From Eledone cirrhosa (Eukaryota): a DNA stretch of 64,000 bases. The stretch is taken from assembly GCA_964016885.1 (NCBI GenBank), contig OZ024741.1:248310001-248374000 (forward strand), read 5' to 3'. Made by a program: the position numbers and the translations under genes. Numbering within the stretch: the first letter of the stretch is position 1; every line of letters begins with the position of its first letter. Below are positions 53,361 through 64,000 of the stretch, piece by piece. The notes beneath the pieces were generated by a model. It saw nothing but the letters and a program-made list of their open reading frames with translations. It was not told the DNA's origin and did not search any database.

Positions 53361-53792
53361 GGAGGAGGTTATAGTTCACTTGAAGCATTGTGTAATGAGG
53401 TATAGGGAAATAAAGGTCTCAAACCAGCGTTCTATAGCTGGAAGAGTTTCTTTACAGATGTATAATAAAGCCAAAACAATGCAGGTATGGACATTTGTGA
53501 ACTGGGCCTGGCTCAGGCGTAAGGAATGGAGGATGTCCATATCTGCACTGTTTTGGCTTTATTATACATCTGTAAAGAAACTCTTCCAGCTATAGAACGC
53601 TGGTTTGAGACCTTTATTTCCCTATACCTCATTACACAATGCTTCAAGTGAACTATAACCTCCTCTTTTCCTTACGCCTGAGCCAGGCCCAGTTCACAAA
53701 TGTCCATACCTGCATTGTTTTGGCTTTATTATACATCTGTAAAGAAACTCTTCCAGCTAATGAACGCTGGTTTGAGACCTTTATTTCCCTAT
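53361..53792. repeat. 167-bp unit: one inverted copy plus ~1.5 tandem copies, between TA tracts
   Basis: ATGTCCATA.CTGCA recurs at 53533 and 53700; 53361-53526 is the reverse complement of the unit. Confidence 0.9.
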
Positions 53793-53793
53793 A

Positions 53794-53874
<81 letters not shown>

Positions 53875-53941
53875 ATATATATATATATATATGTATGTAT
53901 ATGTATATATGTATATATATATGTATGTATGTATATTTATC

Positions 53942-54015
<74 letters not shown>

Positions 54016-54035
54016 CATATATATGTATATATATG

Positions 54036-54069
<34 letters not shown>

Positions 54070-54179
54070 TGTATATATATGTATATGTATATATATGTAT
54101 ATGTATATATATATGTATATGTATATGTATATATATATATATATGTATATATATGTATATGTATATATATATATTTATG

Positions 54180-54228
<49 letters not shown>

Positions 54229-54455
54229 GTATATATGTATATATGTATATATATATATGTGTGTATATATGTATATATATGTATATATATATATTTATAT
54301 AAATATATATATATGTATATATATATGTATATATATATATGTATATATGTATATATATATATGTATATATGTATATATATATATGTATATATATATGTAT
54401 ATATATATATGTATATATATATATGTATCTATATATATATATATGTATATATATG

Positions 54456-54486
<31 letters not shown>

Positions 54487-54572
54487 GTATATATATATGT
54501 ATATGTATATATATGTATATATATATATGTATATATAGATATATATATATGTATTTATATATATATATATGT

Positions 54573-54606
<34 letters not shown>

Positions 54607-54623
54607 GTGTGTATATATATATG

Positions 54624-54660
<37 letters not shown>

Positions 54661-54671
54661 GTATATATATA

Positions 54672-54702
<31 letters not shown>

Positions 54703-54775
54703 GTATACGTATATATATATATGTATATATATCAAAATGAAAATCCGAAGGCAAGGTAAAATTCCAATCATTTAA

Positions 54776-54849
54776 TCACGACACATGTTTCAATAACAGA
54801 TAGATCGATTGTGAAGCCATGATCGATTATCACTGAAATCATCAGGTGA
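54776..54849 (-). ncRNA. Hammerhead-like motif with long stem II
   Basis: TCAC-CTGATGA-TTTCAGTGATA...TGTTATT-GAAA-CATGTG-TC-GTGA. Confidence 0.55.
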
Positions 54850-56513
54850 AAATGAATTGTCTTCAAATTCCTGATATGAGGGAGAAAAATAACGATGTTC
54901 TCTCACAGAATTCATTCCCTCATATGAAGACACACCAGTCAGAGACACGGCGACTGCTATTAACTTCAGTTGAGGTCATAAAAGTTGTCAGATTTCTATT
55001 GCTGGAAAAGACGCTGGACATCAATCAAATCTGTAGGGATATAGTCGGTCACAGTTAATGTGAGTGGGTACACACACACTCCACACCCATATACACCGGC
55101 TCGAGGTCAAAGAGAAATATATACATATATATACACACATCAACACAGTATCCAACCTGTAGAATTATAGAAGTTCACAGTTAGTGTGGGTGGGTACACA
55201 CACACTCTCACACACACCGAAGCGATGTCAGAGAAAAAAACAAATATAAGAAAACAAATATAAGAATGTACCAACATAGCATTCACCGAAAGTTAGTTCA
55301 CAAAACTATAGATGCGACATTGGTCAAATCTCAATTTGACGATGTAAATACAATGGATATATATTAGATTAATTTATTAACATAAGAGATCTGTATAACC
55401 TATATGTTGAGTGAATTGAATTGAATTGAATTATGTATGAATGGTATGTGAGTTATATATGCAGGTACAACTTGATGGATATATTAATGACATTGTAAAT
55501 GAGGGATGTTCTTGTCTGCCATAGAGATGTATTTGGCTTTGCCATGCAGACAGCCATACGCTGCTCCAGAACTTACCAGGGGTTATGTAGACATAGTACT
55601 AATAGGTCCCCTGACATGTTCTGTGAGTAGACAATATTTGCAGAGAACTTTGATATAGAGATGTGGCTCTTTGTATGGAATATTCAGTTGTAGCAATCTA
55701 TGATAGGGAGTATCATCCTAATATAAATACCTTTAGTACATCATGATAGAGTAGACTGGGTTTAAAATTGGAAACTGAATATAAATATATAACCGTCTAT
55801 ATAAGAGACTCTATTGAGACACCTTATAATGTAAGTTAGAACAGTAATTTAGTTATGGAAATCAGCTAGTTACCTCCCCTTACGCATTAACCCTCCTTAA
55901 TTACACACATACTTCCGGATAATAAACCGATGTAAATTCTCGCAGCAGAAACAACCTACTCTATAAAATTGAATTAAAGAACACTGAGCCGCAATAAGCT
56001 AAAATAATTTAATTTAATGCATCAAGCATCCAATACGGAACCATCGTTAATTATGTAATGGATGTATAAACTATATATTACATTTTCTAAATGTGAAAAT
56101 GGTGGTGGATACGAAAACCATAACTCTCTTTTGCTTCTCCTTGCTATTTCTATTTTTCTGCACAAATACTTTCTTATTATATACAAAAAATACCTTACCA
56201 CTGCAACCTCCATAATACTCTTACTTACCCACGTAAAGTGCTTGTATTACATGTAACACCCTGCCACACAATAATCATATATGAATGAGACACACGTAAC
56301 TAACGCATACAATAACTACTACATCTGACTAACAAACTATCCTCTTGCATTATCTATGTTAACTGCCGAATGTATTTTAATTTTGTTTTAATTTTCTTTT
56401 AATTTTGGTTTAATTTTGATATTGATTTTGACTGTACATCAATATATACATATGTATCTGTATGTCTCTTGCGTTGGAAAGGAGGTCAATCACGTGTACA
56501 AACATTGAAAAAT

Positions 56514-56558
56514 GCTCCGAAGATGCCAAGCCTAGGTTTGGATGAAACAATTGTAAGT
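56514..56558 (+). ncRNA. Degenerate minimal hammerhead
   Basis: GCT-CCGAAGA-TG-CCAAGCC/TA/GGTTTGG-AT-GAAA-CAATTG-TA-AGT; U4C change in the core. Confidence 0.45.
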
Positions 56559-57633
56559 GAATAAATGCTTTGAACATAGCTTTGATTCTTGTGAATTCTA
56601 TATAACTGCTCTGTAGAACAACTGATGTTATTACATTGAGGTATTTATCTTACTGGTAATAAGGTAGTAATAAATTACTGACCTTCACTGTTTAGGGTTT
56701 AAAAAATATATATAACTATAAAAAGTTTTAATATATACATAACCATGAATAGTATCTTTAATATTATATGTATATATATATATATATAAGTTATATATAT
56801 ATGTATATATGTTATATATATGTTATATATATATGTATATATGTTATATATATATGTATATATAAGTTGTACACATCGCTTAAAAATATCCTTCTTCAGA
56901 TGGGTTAAGGATGAGGAGTGAAACCGTACACCGGATCTCCCTGCAACAAGTCTTAACACCCCGGCGGGCAGGCGCTGCAAAATAACACCCAGGAAACAAT
57001 CCTTGCATACCAGACCCATCCTCAGAAAAACAGATGCGGCAAAAAAAAAAAAAAAAAAAAAATTTGTCCGGGAAAGACTGCCCTAACACCGGCCAGAGTT
57101 ACCTCCCTTGACCTGCTGCAAAATCAAAACAAGATATTTTTGCGAGCAATGAACCTTGATGTGGATTTAACCCCCAAAACTCTTTCCGAGCAATATAAGG
57201 AACACTTGTGATTATTTATGCCCTTGAGAAGCCCAACTGGGCGAAACGTACGTGGGTGCTGTTTTAAATAAACATGTTTTAACGGTCTATTCTCCGATTT
57301 TTTACTTTCACACGTGCTTACGCTCTGCGAACTCTCTAGCCCACTAAATATTAACACTTCGAATATTTAATACTGCCGGCACTAGTATCGAGCACCTTTG
57401 GCATACGCTACTTGGCAAATAACTATATGTATCACCTATCCTCCCCTTTTTTTCTCTTTCTCGATACGTAAATACTGTAAGCAACGTTTTTTCTTACTCA
57501 CACATTCTCTAATGAATTTATTACGTTTTCGCATTTTCTCATAATTGGGCTATATATGTAAAATCTTCTCTTGGGTTAATCACAACCTTGATTAAGTCTT
57601 AACCATTTAACATATCAGAGTATGTCATGTATC

Positions 57634-57696
57634 ATTATATTTTATCTGATGAGGACGTACTGTTGTACATCCGAAATATGTATAATAAAATGTAAT
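57634..57696 (+). ncRNA. Minimal type I hammerhead
   Basis: ATTATATTTTAT-CTGATGA-GGACGTAC/TGTT/GTACATCC-GAAA-TATGTA-TA-ATAAAATGTAAT; 12-bp stem I. Confidence 0.85.
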
Positions 57697-57833
57697 TGAT
57701 GAAAAGAACATCTATTTTATTAATATTTATATTTTAATATTAATAACTAATGAAAATTATTACCGTAGAGTGCTTCCAATCTGCTGTAAAACTCATCTTT
57801 GACATAATCATTGAATATCGTTTAACACTTTAA

Positions 57834-57864
<31 letters not shown>

Positions 57865-58006
57865 GTATATATATGTATATGTATATATATATATGTATAT
57901 ATATATATATGTATATATAAGTATATATATATATATATATATGTATGAAAGACGTAAAATAAGGAAATTTTAAAAATTAAGAATTAACTTACTTACTAAA
58001 ATTTTC

Positions 58007-58088
58007 ACTCCAACTAATTAGTTTCTGTAAGGGAATAAATATAGTTACGTAATGTAACTATAGAGAAGTCCTTGCGTCATCAGGAAGT
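58007..58088 (-). ncRNA. Type I hammerhead, long stem II, palindromic stem III
   Basis: ACTTC-CTGATGA-CGCAAGGA...TATAGTTAC/GTAACTATA...CCCTTACA-GAAA-CTAATTAG-TT-GGAGT. Confidence 0.65.
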
Positions 58089-58408
58089 TTATTCTCAGCT
58101 AAGTTCCCAGGCAATGCGCGGACACTAGGAACCCATATAAAAATATATATTGAGCGAAACTTGCCAAAATTTACTGCTATGGTTCATGGTAGTAGTTAGG
58201 CTCTTGTCATAATACCACCCCACTCCTCACTGATTAACCTCAGTGTCACGTGATTGATTCTTTAGAATTTGCCACTGACCAAGTAGGCAGTGAATCTTTT
58301 CAGTGCCCTGGAATTTAGTCCCCGCTAGCTTTATTCCATCCACTGAATTATTATTTTTATATGCGTTCCTAGTGTCCGCGCATTGCCTGGGAACTTAGCT
58401 GAGAATAG

Positions 58409-58489
58409 ACTCCCTGATGACGCAATGAATTCTCGACAGTTTATTACGTAACTGTCTTTATCCCATTGCAGAAACTAATTAGTTGGAGT
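58409..58489 (+). ncRNA. Type I hammerhead, long stem II, palindromic stem III
   Basis: ACTCC-CTGATGA-C-GCAATG...GACAGTT/AACTGTC...CATTGC-A-GAAA-CTAATTAG-TT-GGAGT. Confidence 0.75.
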
Positions 58490-58984
58490 GAAAATTTTAG
58501 TAAGTTAATTTATTAAAAATTTGTTAAAATTTTCTTATTTTACGTCTTTTATATTATTGTTCTGCATCCTCCTGCATTGAACCACCTAGGTACTATGACA
58601 TAACCTGTGTATTTGCTAGCATTAGCGTACATCTGTACGCGTATGGTAGTAGATATATTAAATTCTCTATGTGTGTATATATATATATATATATGTGTGT
58701 ATATATATGTGTGTATATATATATATATGTGTGTGTGTGTATATATATATATATGTGTGTATATATATATATGTGTATGTGTATATATATATATGTGTAT
58801 ATATATATATGTATATATATATATTTATGTGTGTGTGTATATATATATATATGTGTGTATATATATATATTTGTATATATATATATGTATATGTATATAT
58901 TTTATATCTATATACAAATATATATGTATATAAGTATATATATATAAATATATATATATGTAAGTGTATATATATATATATATA

Positions 58985-59043
58985 TAGGAACGAGTAGGAC
59001 CCCGACGGCTGAGCTCAAGCCGTCGGGGTCCTACTCGTTCCTA
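58985..59043. repeat. Perfect 25-bp-arm GC-rich hairpin derived from a PLE 3' end
   Basis: TAGGAACGAGTAGGACCCCGACGGC-TGAGCTCAA-GCCGTCGGGGTCCTACTCGTTCCTA; the right arm matches 61366-61390. Confidence 0.9.
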
Positions 59044-59338
59044 TATATATATATATATATATATACACTTACATATATATATATATTTATATATATATAC
59101 ACTTACATATATATATATACAATTAAGTTAAAGTGTACATCTACATATGTATACGGAAGTATTAGTATGCATATAAATACACACATGTATACATATGTAC
59201 ATGTACTCAGCTTTTCACTAGACACTTTACAGTGAGTGTCAGCTAGTCTGAATGTAACCACACAGACGGACCGGGTTTTAGAGTCATACGGGTTTTCAAG
59301 GAAACACATTTCCTCTATTCTCCAGAGGGCCAGACAGG

Positions 59339-59383
59339 AATATTGGACTAGTTTCGATGTTATTACATCTCATCAGCAATATT
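59339..59383 (-). ncRNA. Minimal type I hammerhead (inverted unit)
   Basis: Reverse complement of 59843-59887. Confidence 0.9.
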
Positions 59384-59842
59384 TACCCATCTTCCGGCTT
59401 CTCTGGAGAATTGTAAAAGCACATATCGTTATATGCTTTTTCTATGAAAATTAGTAGTGGGTAGACTAATTTGCATAGAACGTGAGTCATTGTACGCACC
59501 GGTTCAGCGGAAACGATAAAAACAAATAACGAAACGAAATTAAATTTCGTTTCGCTTCTAACTCACTTTTGTATGACTGACGCTTAAACAATTAATACTT
59601 CCGTATACATATGTAGATGTACACTTTAACTTAATTGTTTAAGCGTCAGTCATACAAAAGTGAGTTAGAAGCGAAACGAAATTTAATTTCGTTTCGTTAT
59701 TTGTTTTTATCGTTTCCGCTGAACCGGTGCGTACAATGACTCACGTTCTATGCAAATTAGTCTACCCACTACTAATTTTCATAGAAAAAGCATATAACGA
59801 TATGTGCTTTTACAATTCTCCAGAGAAGCCGGAAGATGGGTA

Positions 59843-59887
59843 AATATTGCTGATGAGATGTAATAACATCGAAACTAGTCCAATATT
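59843..59887 (+). ncRNA. Minimal type I hammerhead
   Basis: AATATTG-CTGATGA-GATGT/AATA/ACATC-GAAA-CTAG-TC-CAATATT; GUC cut after 59880. Confidence 0.92.
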
Positions 59888-60311
59888 CCTGTCTGGCCCT
59901 CTGGAGAATAGAGGAAATGTGTTTCCTTGAAAACCCGTATGACTCTAAAACCCGGTCCGTCTGTGTGGTTACATTCAGACTAGCTGACACTCACTGTAAA
60001 GTGTCTAGTGAAAAGCTGAGTACATGTACATATGTATACATGTGTGTATTTATATGCATACTAATACTTCCGTATACATATGTAGATGTACACTTTAACT
60101 TAATTGTTTAAGCGTCAGTCATACAAAAGTGAGTTAGAAGCGAAACGAAATTTAATTTCGTTTCGTTATTTGTTTTTATCGTTTCCGCTGAACCGGTGCG
60201 TACAATGACTCACGTTCTATGCAAATTAGTCTACCCACTACTAATTTTCATAGAAAAAGCATATAACGATATGTGCTTTTACAATTCTCCAGAGAAGCCG
60301 GAAGATGGGTA

Positions 60312-60356
60312 AATATTGCTGATGAGATGTAATAACATCGAAACTAGTCCAATATT
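60312..60356 (+). ncRNA. Minimal type I hammerhead
   Basis: Identical to 59843-59887. Confidence 0.92.
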
Positions 60357-60780
60357 CCTGTCTGGCCCTCTGGAGAATAGAGGAAATGTGTTTCCTTGAA
60401 AACCCGTATGACTCTAAAACCCGGTCCGTCTGTGTGGTTACATTCAGACTAGCTGACACTCACTGTAAAGTGTCTAGTGAAAAGCTGAGTACATGTACAT
60501 ATGTATACATGTGTGTATTTATATGCATACTAATACTTCCGTATACATATGTAGATGTACACTTTAACTTAATTGTTTAAGCGTCAATCATACAAAAGTG
60601 AGTTAGAAGCGAAACGAAATTTAATTTCGTTTCGTTATTTGTTTTTATCGTTTCCGCTGAACCGGTGCGTACAATGACTCACGTTCTATGCAAATTAGTC
60701 TACCCACTACTAATTTTCATAGAAAAAGCATATAACGATATGTGCTTTTACAATTCTCCAGAGAAGCCGGAAGATGGGTA

Positions 60781-60825
60781 AATATTGCTGATGAGATGTA
60801 ATAACATCGAAACTAGTCCAATATT
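60781..60825 (+). ncRNA. Minimal type I hammerhead
   Basis: Identical to 59843-59887. Confidence 0.92.
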
Positions 60826-61236
60826 CCTGTCTGGCCCTCTGGAGAATAGAGGAAATGTGTTTCCTTGAAAACCCGTATGACTCTAAAACCCGGTCCGTCT
60901 GTGTGGTTACATTCAGACTAGCTGACACTCACTGTAAAGTGTCTAGTGAAAAGCTGAGTACATGTACATATGTATACATGTGTGTATTTATATGCATACT
61001 AATACTTCCGTATACATATGTAGATGTACACTTTAACTTAATTGTTTAAGCGTCAGTCATACAAAAGTGAGTTAAAAGCGAAACGAAATTTAATTTCGTT
61101 TCGTTATTTGTTTTTATATATATATATTTATATATATATATATACTTATATATATATATATTTGTATATAGATATAAAATATATACATATACATATATAT
61201 ATATACAAATATATATACACACATATATATATATAT

Positions 61237-61299
<63 letters not shown>

Positions 61300-61320
61300 C
61301 ACATATATATATATATACAT

Positions 61321-61467
61321 ACACTATCTGAGTCCAGAATTAGCCGTCGAAACGGCTTGAGCTCAGCCGTCGGGGTCCTACTCGTTCCTATTACCCACTC
61401 TACTACCCTAACTATTGAGAACTTTGGTGCGTTATGGTCCACCTGGTTCCTTACCACATTTCCTCCG

Positions 61468-61470
<3 letters not shown>
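61321..61470 (+). mobile_element. 3'-terminal fragment of a PLE (retains the 3' half of a hammerhead)
   Basis: Diverged reverse complement of 62802-62955; contains GAAA-CGGC/TTGAGCTCA/GCCG-TC-GGGGT. Confidence 0.7.
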
Positions 61471-61555
<85 letters not shown>

Positions 61556-61587
61556 GTGTGTGTGTGTGTATATATATATATAAATAT

Positions 61588-62354
61588 ATAGAAGTATTAC
61601 ACAACAGTTAGTTCACCATACCGACAACAATTGTTGCACCTTAGTGGATCCTCAGCTCGTAATGGACATGGTTATACGGAACAGGAAGGACAACTGTATG
61701 ACCGCGCATGCGCAGAAACGATCACTTCACACAAGCAATATTAAATTGCGTGCGAGAGGTATAAGGGAGATAACTGCGAAAGTCCGAACATTTCTGGTTG
61801 ATAAGAAATTTAGGATGTTGTTGTATTTCAATCCGAAGCTTTGTGGTTACGTAAGAGGTGTTTCCAGACGTGTAGACAACGTGTGAAGAATTCAATCCTC
61901 GTATTTAGGCATTCACTATTGCGTAATCTATTTAGAATATTTATTCGTTCATCAATACATAGTCCACACGACGGATGTACTATGTATTGATGAACGAATA
62001 ATTATTCTAAAGAGATTGCGCAATAGTGATTGCCTAAACACGAGATATGAATTCTTCACATGTTGTCCACACGTCTGGAAACACCTCTTACATAACTACA
62101 AAGCTCCGGACTGAATTACAACAACATCCTAATTTTCTTATCAACCAGAAACTTTCGGACTTTCGCAGTTATCTCCCTTACACCTCTCGCACGCAATTTA
62201 GTATTGCCTGTGTGAAGTGATCGTTTCTGCGCATGCGCGTTCGTACGGTTGTCCTTCCTGTTCCGTATAACCATGTCCATTACGAGCTGAAGATCCGCTA
62301 AGGTGAAACAATTGTTCTCGGTATGGTGAACTAACTGTTATGTAACCACTTCTA
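61588..62354. mobile_element. Diverged palindrome (~375-bp arms) with outward-facing hammerheads
   Basis: CAGTTAGTTCACCATACCGA... / ...TCGGTATGGTGAACTAACTG; centre at ~61970. The left hammerhead (61622-61659, minus strand) has GAAA changed to GCAA. Confidence 0.8.
62283..62320 (+). ncRNA. Minimal type I hammerhead variant
   Basis: CGAG-CTGAAGA-T-CC/GCTAA/GG-T-GAAA-CAATTG-TT-CTCG; stem I extends CCAT/ATGG. Confidence 0.7.
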
Positions 62355-62478
62355 CCTAACTCGTCTCATGGACTGAGTGCTCTACCACTACGGATATTAC
62401 CTTCCAGTGTTCTACCACTATATAAATATATGTGTGTATATATATATAAATATATATGTATATATATATATATAAATT

Positions 62479-62608
<130 letters not shown>

Positions 62609-62735
62609 GTATATATATAAATATATATATATGTATATATATAAATATATATTTATATGTATATATAAATATATATATATGTATATATATATATATGTAT
62701 ATATATAAATAATATATATATATGTATATATATAA

Positions 62736-62766
<31 letters not shown>

Positions 62767-62801
62767 TAAATATATATATATGTATATATATAAATATATA
62801 T

Positions 62802-64000
62802 ATAACAAAGGAATTGTGGTAAGGAACCAGATGGACCATAACACACCAGAGTACTCAATACTTAGGGTAGTAGAGTGGGAAATAGGAAAAAAGTATGACC
62901 CCGACGGCAGAACTCAAGCCGTTTTGACGGCTATTTCTGGACTAAATTAGAATGTTTAGCCTGGTGAATAAATAGCCGAACTTTTCAAGGGGGTACTTCC
63001 TTATATGGGAAGATTGTAGTTGTCAAGAAGATTGGTTAACATTTATTGTAAACACAAATAAGTCTATCATGGCATTTGGTGGCAGGTAGGGGTGACTGAA
63101 CTTGCCTGTAGAACAATAGGGGAGTGAGTGGAGCGGTCAAGCAGCGTTGAAAGTGAAATATATACAGCAGTTTCTAAGGCTAGTGTATGAAGTGGAGGAG
63201 GGAGGTTATAGAATAGGTAAATCGAATGATAGTAGGAGACAATAAAAGATAATAGAAAGAAATAAAAAAATATATAAAATTAGATAGTGAGAAATTAATA
63301 AAAAAAATCACAATGCTATCTTACAATTACAGGTTAATAAGTTGAGAATAGAAAAAAACTTGTATAAATTGAGTAGTACCAGAAGTGATACAGAATTAAA
63401 GGGATTTAACACGTCTGCTATAAGTAGTTAGTAAAACGTATTCGGCCAATTCTATCTTAAAATTACAGGGATGGGGGAACTGATGCTACAGAGGCCCGGT
63501 GGGCTGTATCGGGGTAGGTGAAGGGGAAAAGCAGACGAGGAAGAAAATAGGGGGTGGAAAGAAACAGGGGGAAGAAGACAAAGAGGAAAAGAAAAGAAAA
63601 GAGATACATCTACCTAACTAAGCTGGGGTTTCCCCTAACTTATTCGGCAAGTAGGGGGTATCAGCCTTTGTCTACCCACCCGGGTCGTTATGGGGTTTGA
63701 GGGCGAGGTAAGTCCTACGCAATCTGTGTTTGCATGCGGTTACCAGTTCGTCTTTCTTGTTTAGGAGTTGGTCCTTCGAAAACAACATTTGTAATGTTTC
63801 CTCCGAGCATAAGTTACACCGACGGCGTCCTCCCGTATAAGAGTTAGCTTTGGACAGTAAGCTCCAAGTGAGATTGTAGGTTATATTATTATTTTGGAGG
63901 TCCCAAATGTGGCTCGAAAGTGTAGTGGCATGTCGCCGGACCGGTTTCGGAAAATATGTCGGTGTTGGTAGAGCCGGGTCTTGAAGTCACACACGATTAA
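62802..64000 (-). mobile_element. 3' part of a second Penelope-like family (GIY-YIG C-terminus, 3'UTR, decayed hammerhead at 62898-62994); continues beyond window
   Basis: Manual translation of 64000-63672 with one frameshift: FKTRLYQHRHIFRN/RRHATTLSSHIWDLQ...WSLLSKANSYTGGRRRCNLCSEE...LLNKKDELVTACKH*. Typical PLE endonuclease tail. Confidence 0.8.

Larger units (their letters stand above)
57948..58550. mobile_element. Diverged inverted pair (~200-bp arms), each arm with an outward-facing hammerhead (inverted pLTR-like)
   Basis: Arms ~57948-58144 and ~58352-58550. Confidence 0.75.
59119..61116 (+). mobile_element. Retrozyme/pLTR-like array: one inverted plus ~3.2 tandem 469-bp units, one hammerhead per unit
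   Basis: Exact 469-bp period (59843, 60312, 60781); 59119-59595 is one unit reversed; no credible protein coding. Confidence 0.88.

Noticed and set aside
57100-57330. Possible decayed GIY-YIG (VIIYAL / GETYVG) upstream of the 57634 hammerhead
   Set aside because: Motifs lie in different frames and are too degraded to call without a search.
59236-61049. Repeated 72-aa and 64-aa ORFs in the 469-bp units
   Set aside because: Short, overlapping on both strands, no motif; identity simply reflects the repeat.
62355-62420. TAGTGGTAGAGCA tRNA A-box-like sequence on the minus strand
   Set aside because: No B-box or cloverleaf follows.

Overview
Eukaryotic, very AT-rich, repeat-only window. I found no host gene; the dozens of Tyr/Ile/His/Cys-rich ORFs are translations of (TA)n, (TG)n and (ATAAA)n microsatellites. 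The repeat content (tRNA-like SINEs, RTE LINEs, Penelope-like elements, TA microsatellites) resembles a cephalopod (octopus-like) genome, which is inference only. Bases 1-26.4 kb are a tandem macro-repeat of about 6-7 kb units, each a foldback-like block of degenerate CCATTAAAA/TTTTAATGG repeats. At 28-35 kb lie two decayed RTE-clade LINEs, both with a PHD-type (C4HC3) finger inside the RT. At 36.8-39.6 kb is a head-to-tail chain of non-autonomous Helitrons. At 42-46 kb is a 4-kb palindromic Penelope-like element (RT plus GIY-YIG) whose RT has an unusually long, IFD-like fingers insertion. At 48.7-53.3 kb is a nearly intact RTE LINE with C2H2 fingers, and a bipartite non-autonomous relative sits at 40.5-41.6 kb. 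The strongest hidden signal is RNA-level: about 15 type-I hammerhead ribozyme motifs, read by eye. They include a retrozyme-like array of 469-bp units with dimer-type hammerheads (59.1-61.1 kb) and several unrelated copies with a non-canonical 10.1-11.1 position and palindromic stem III.
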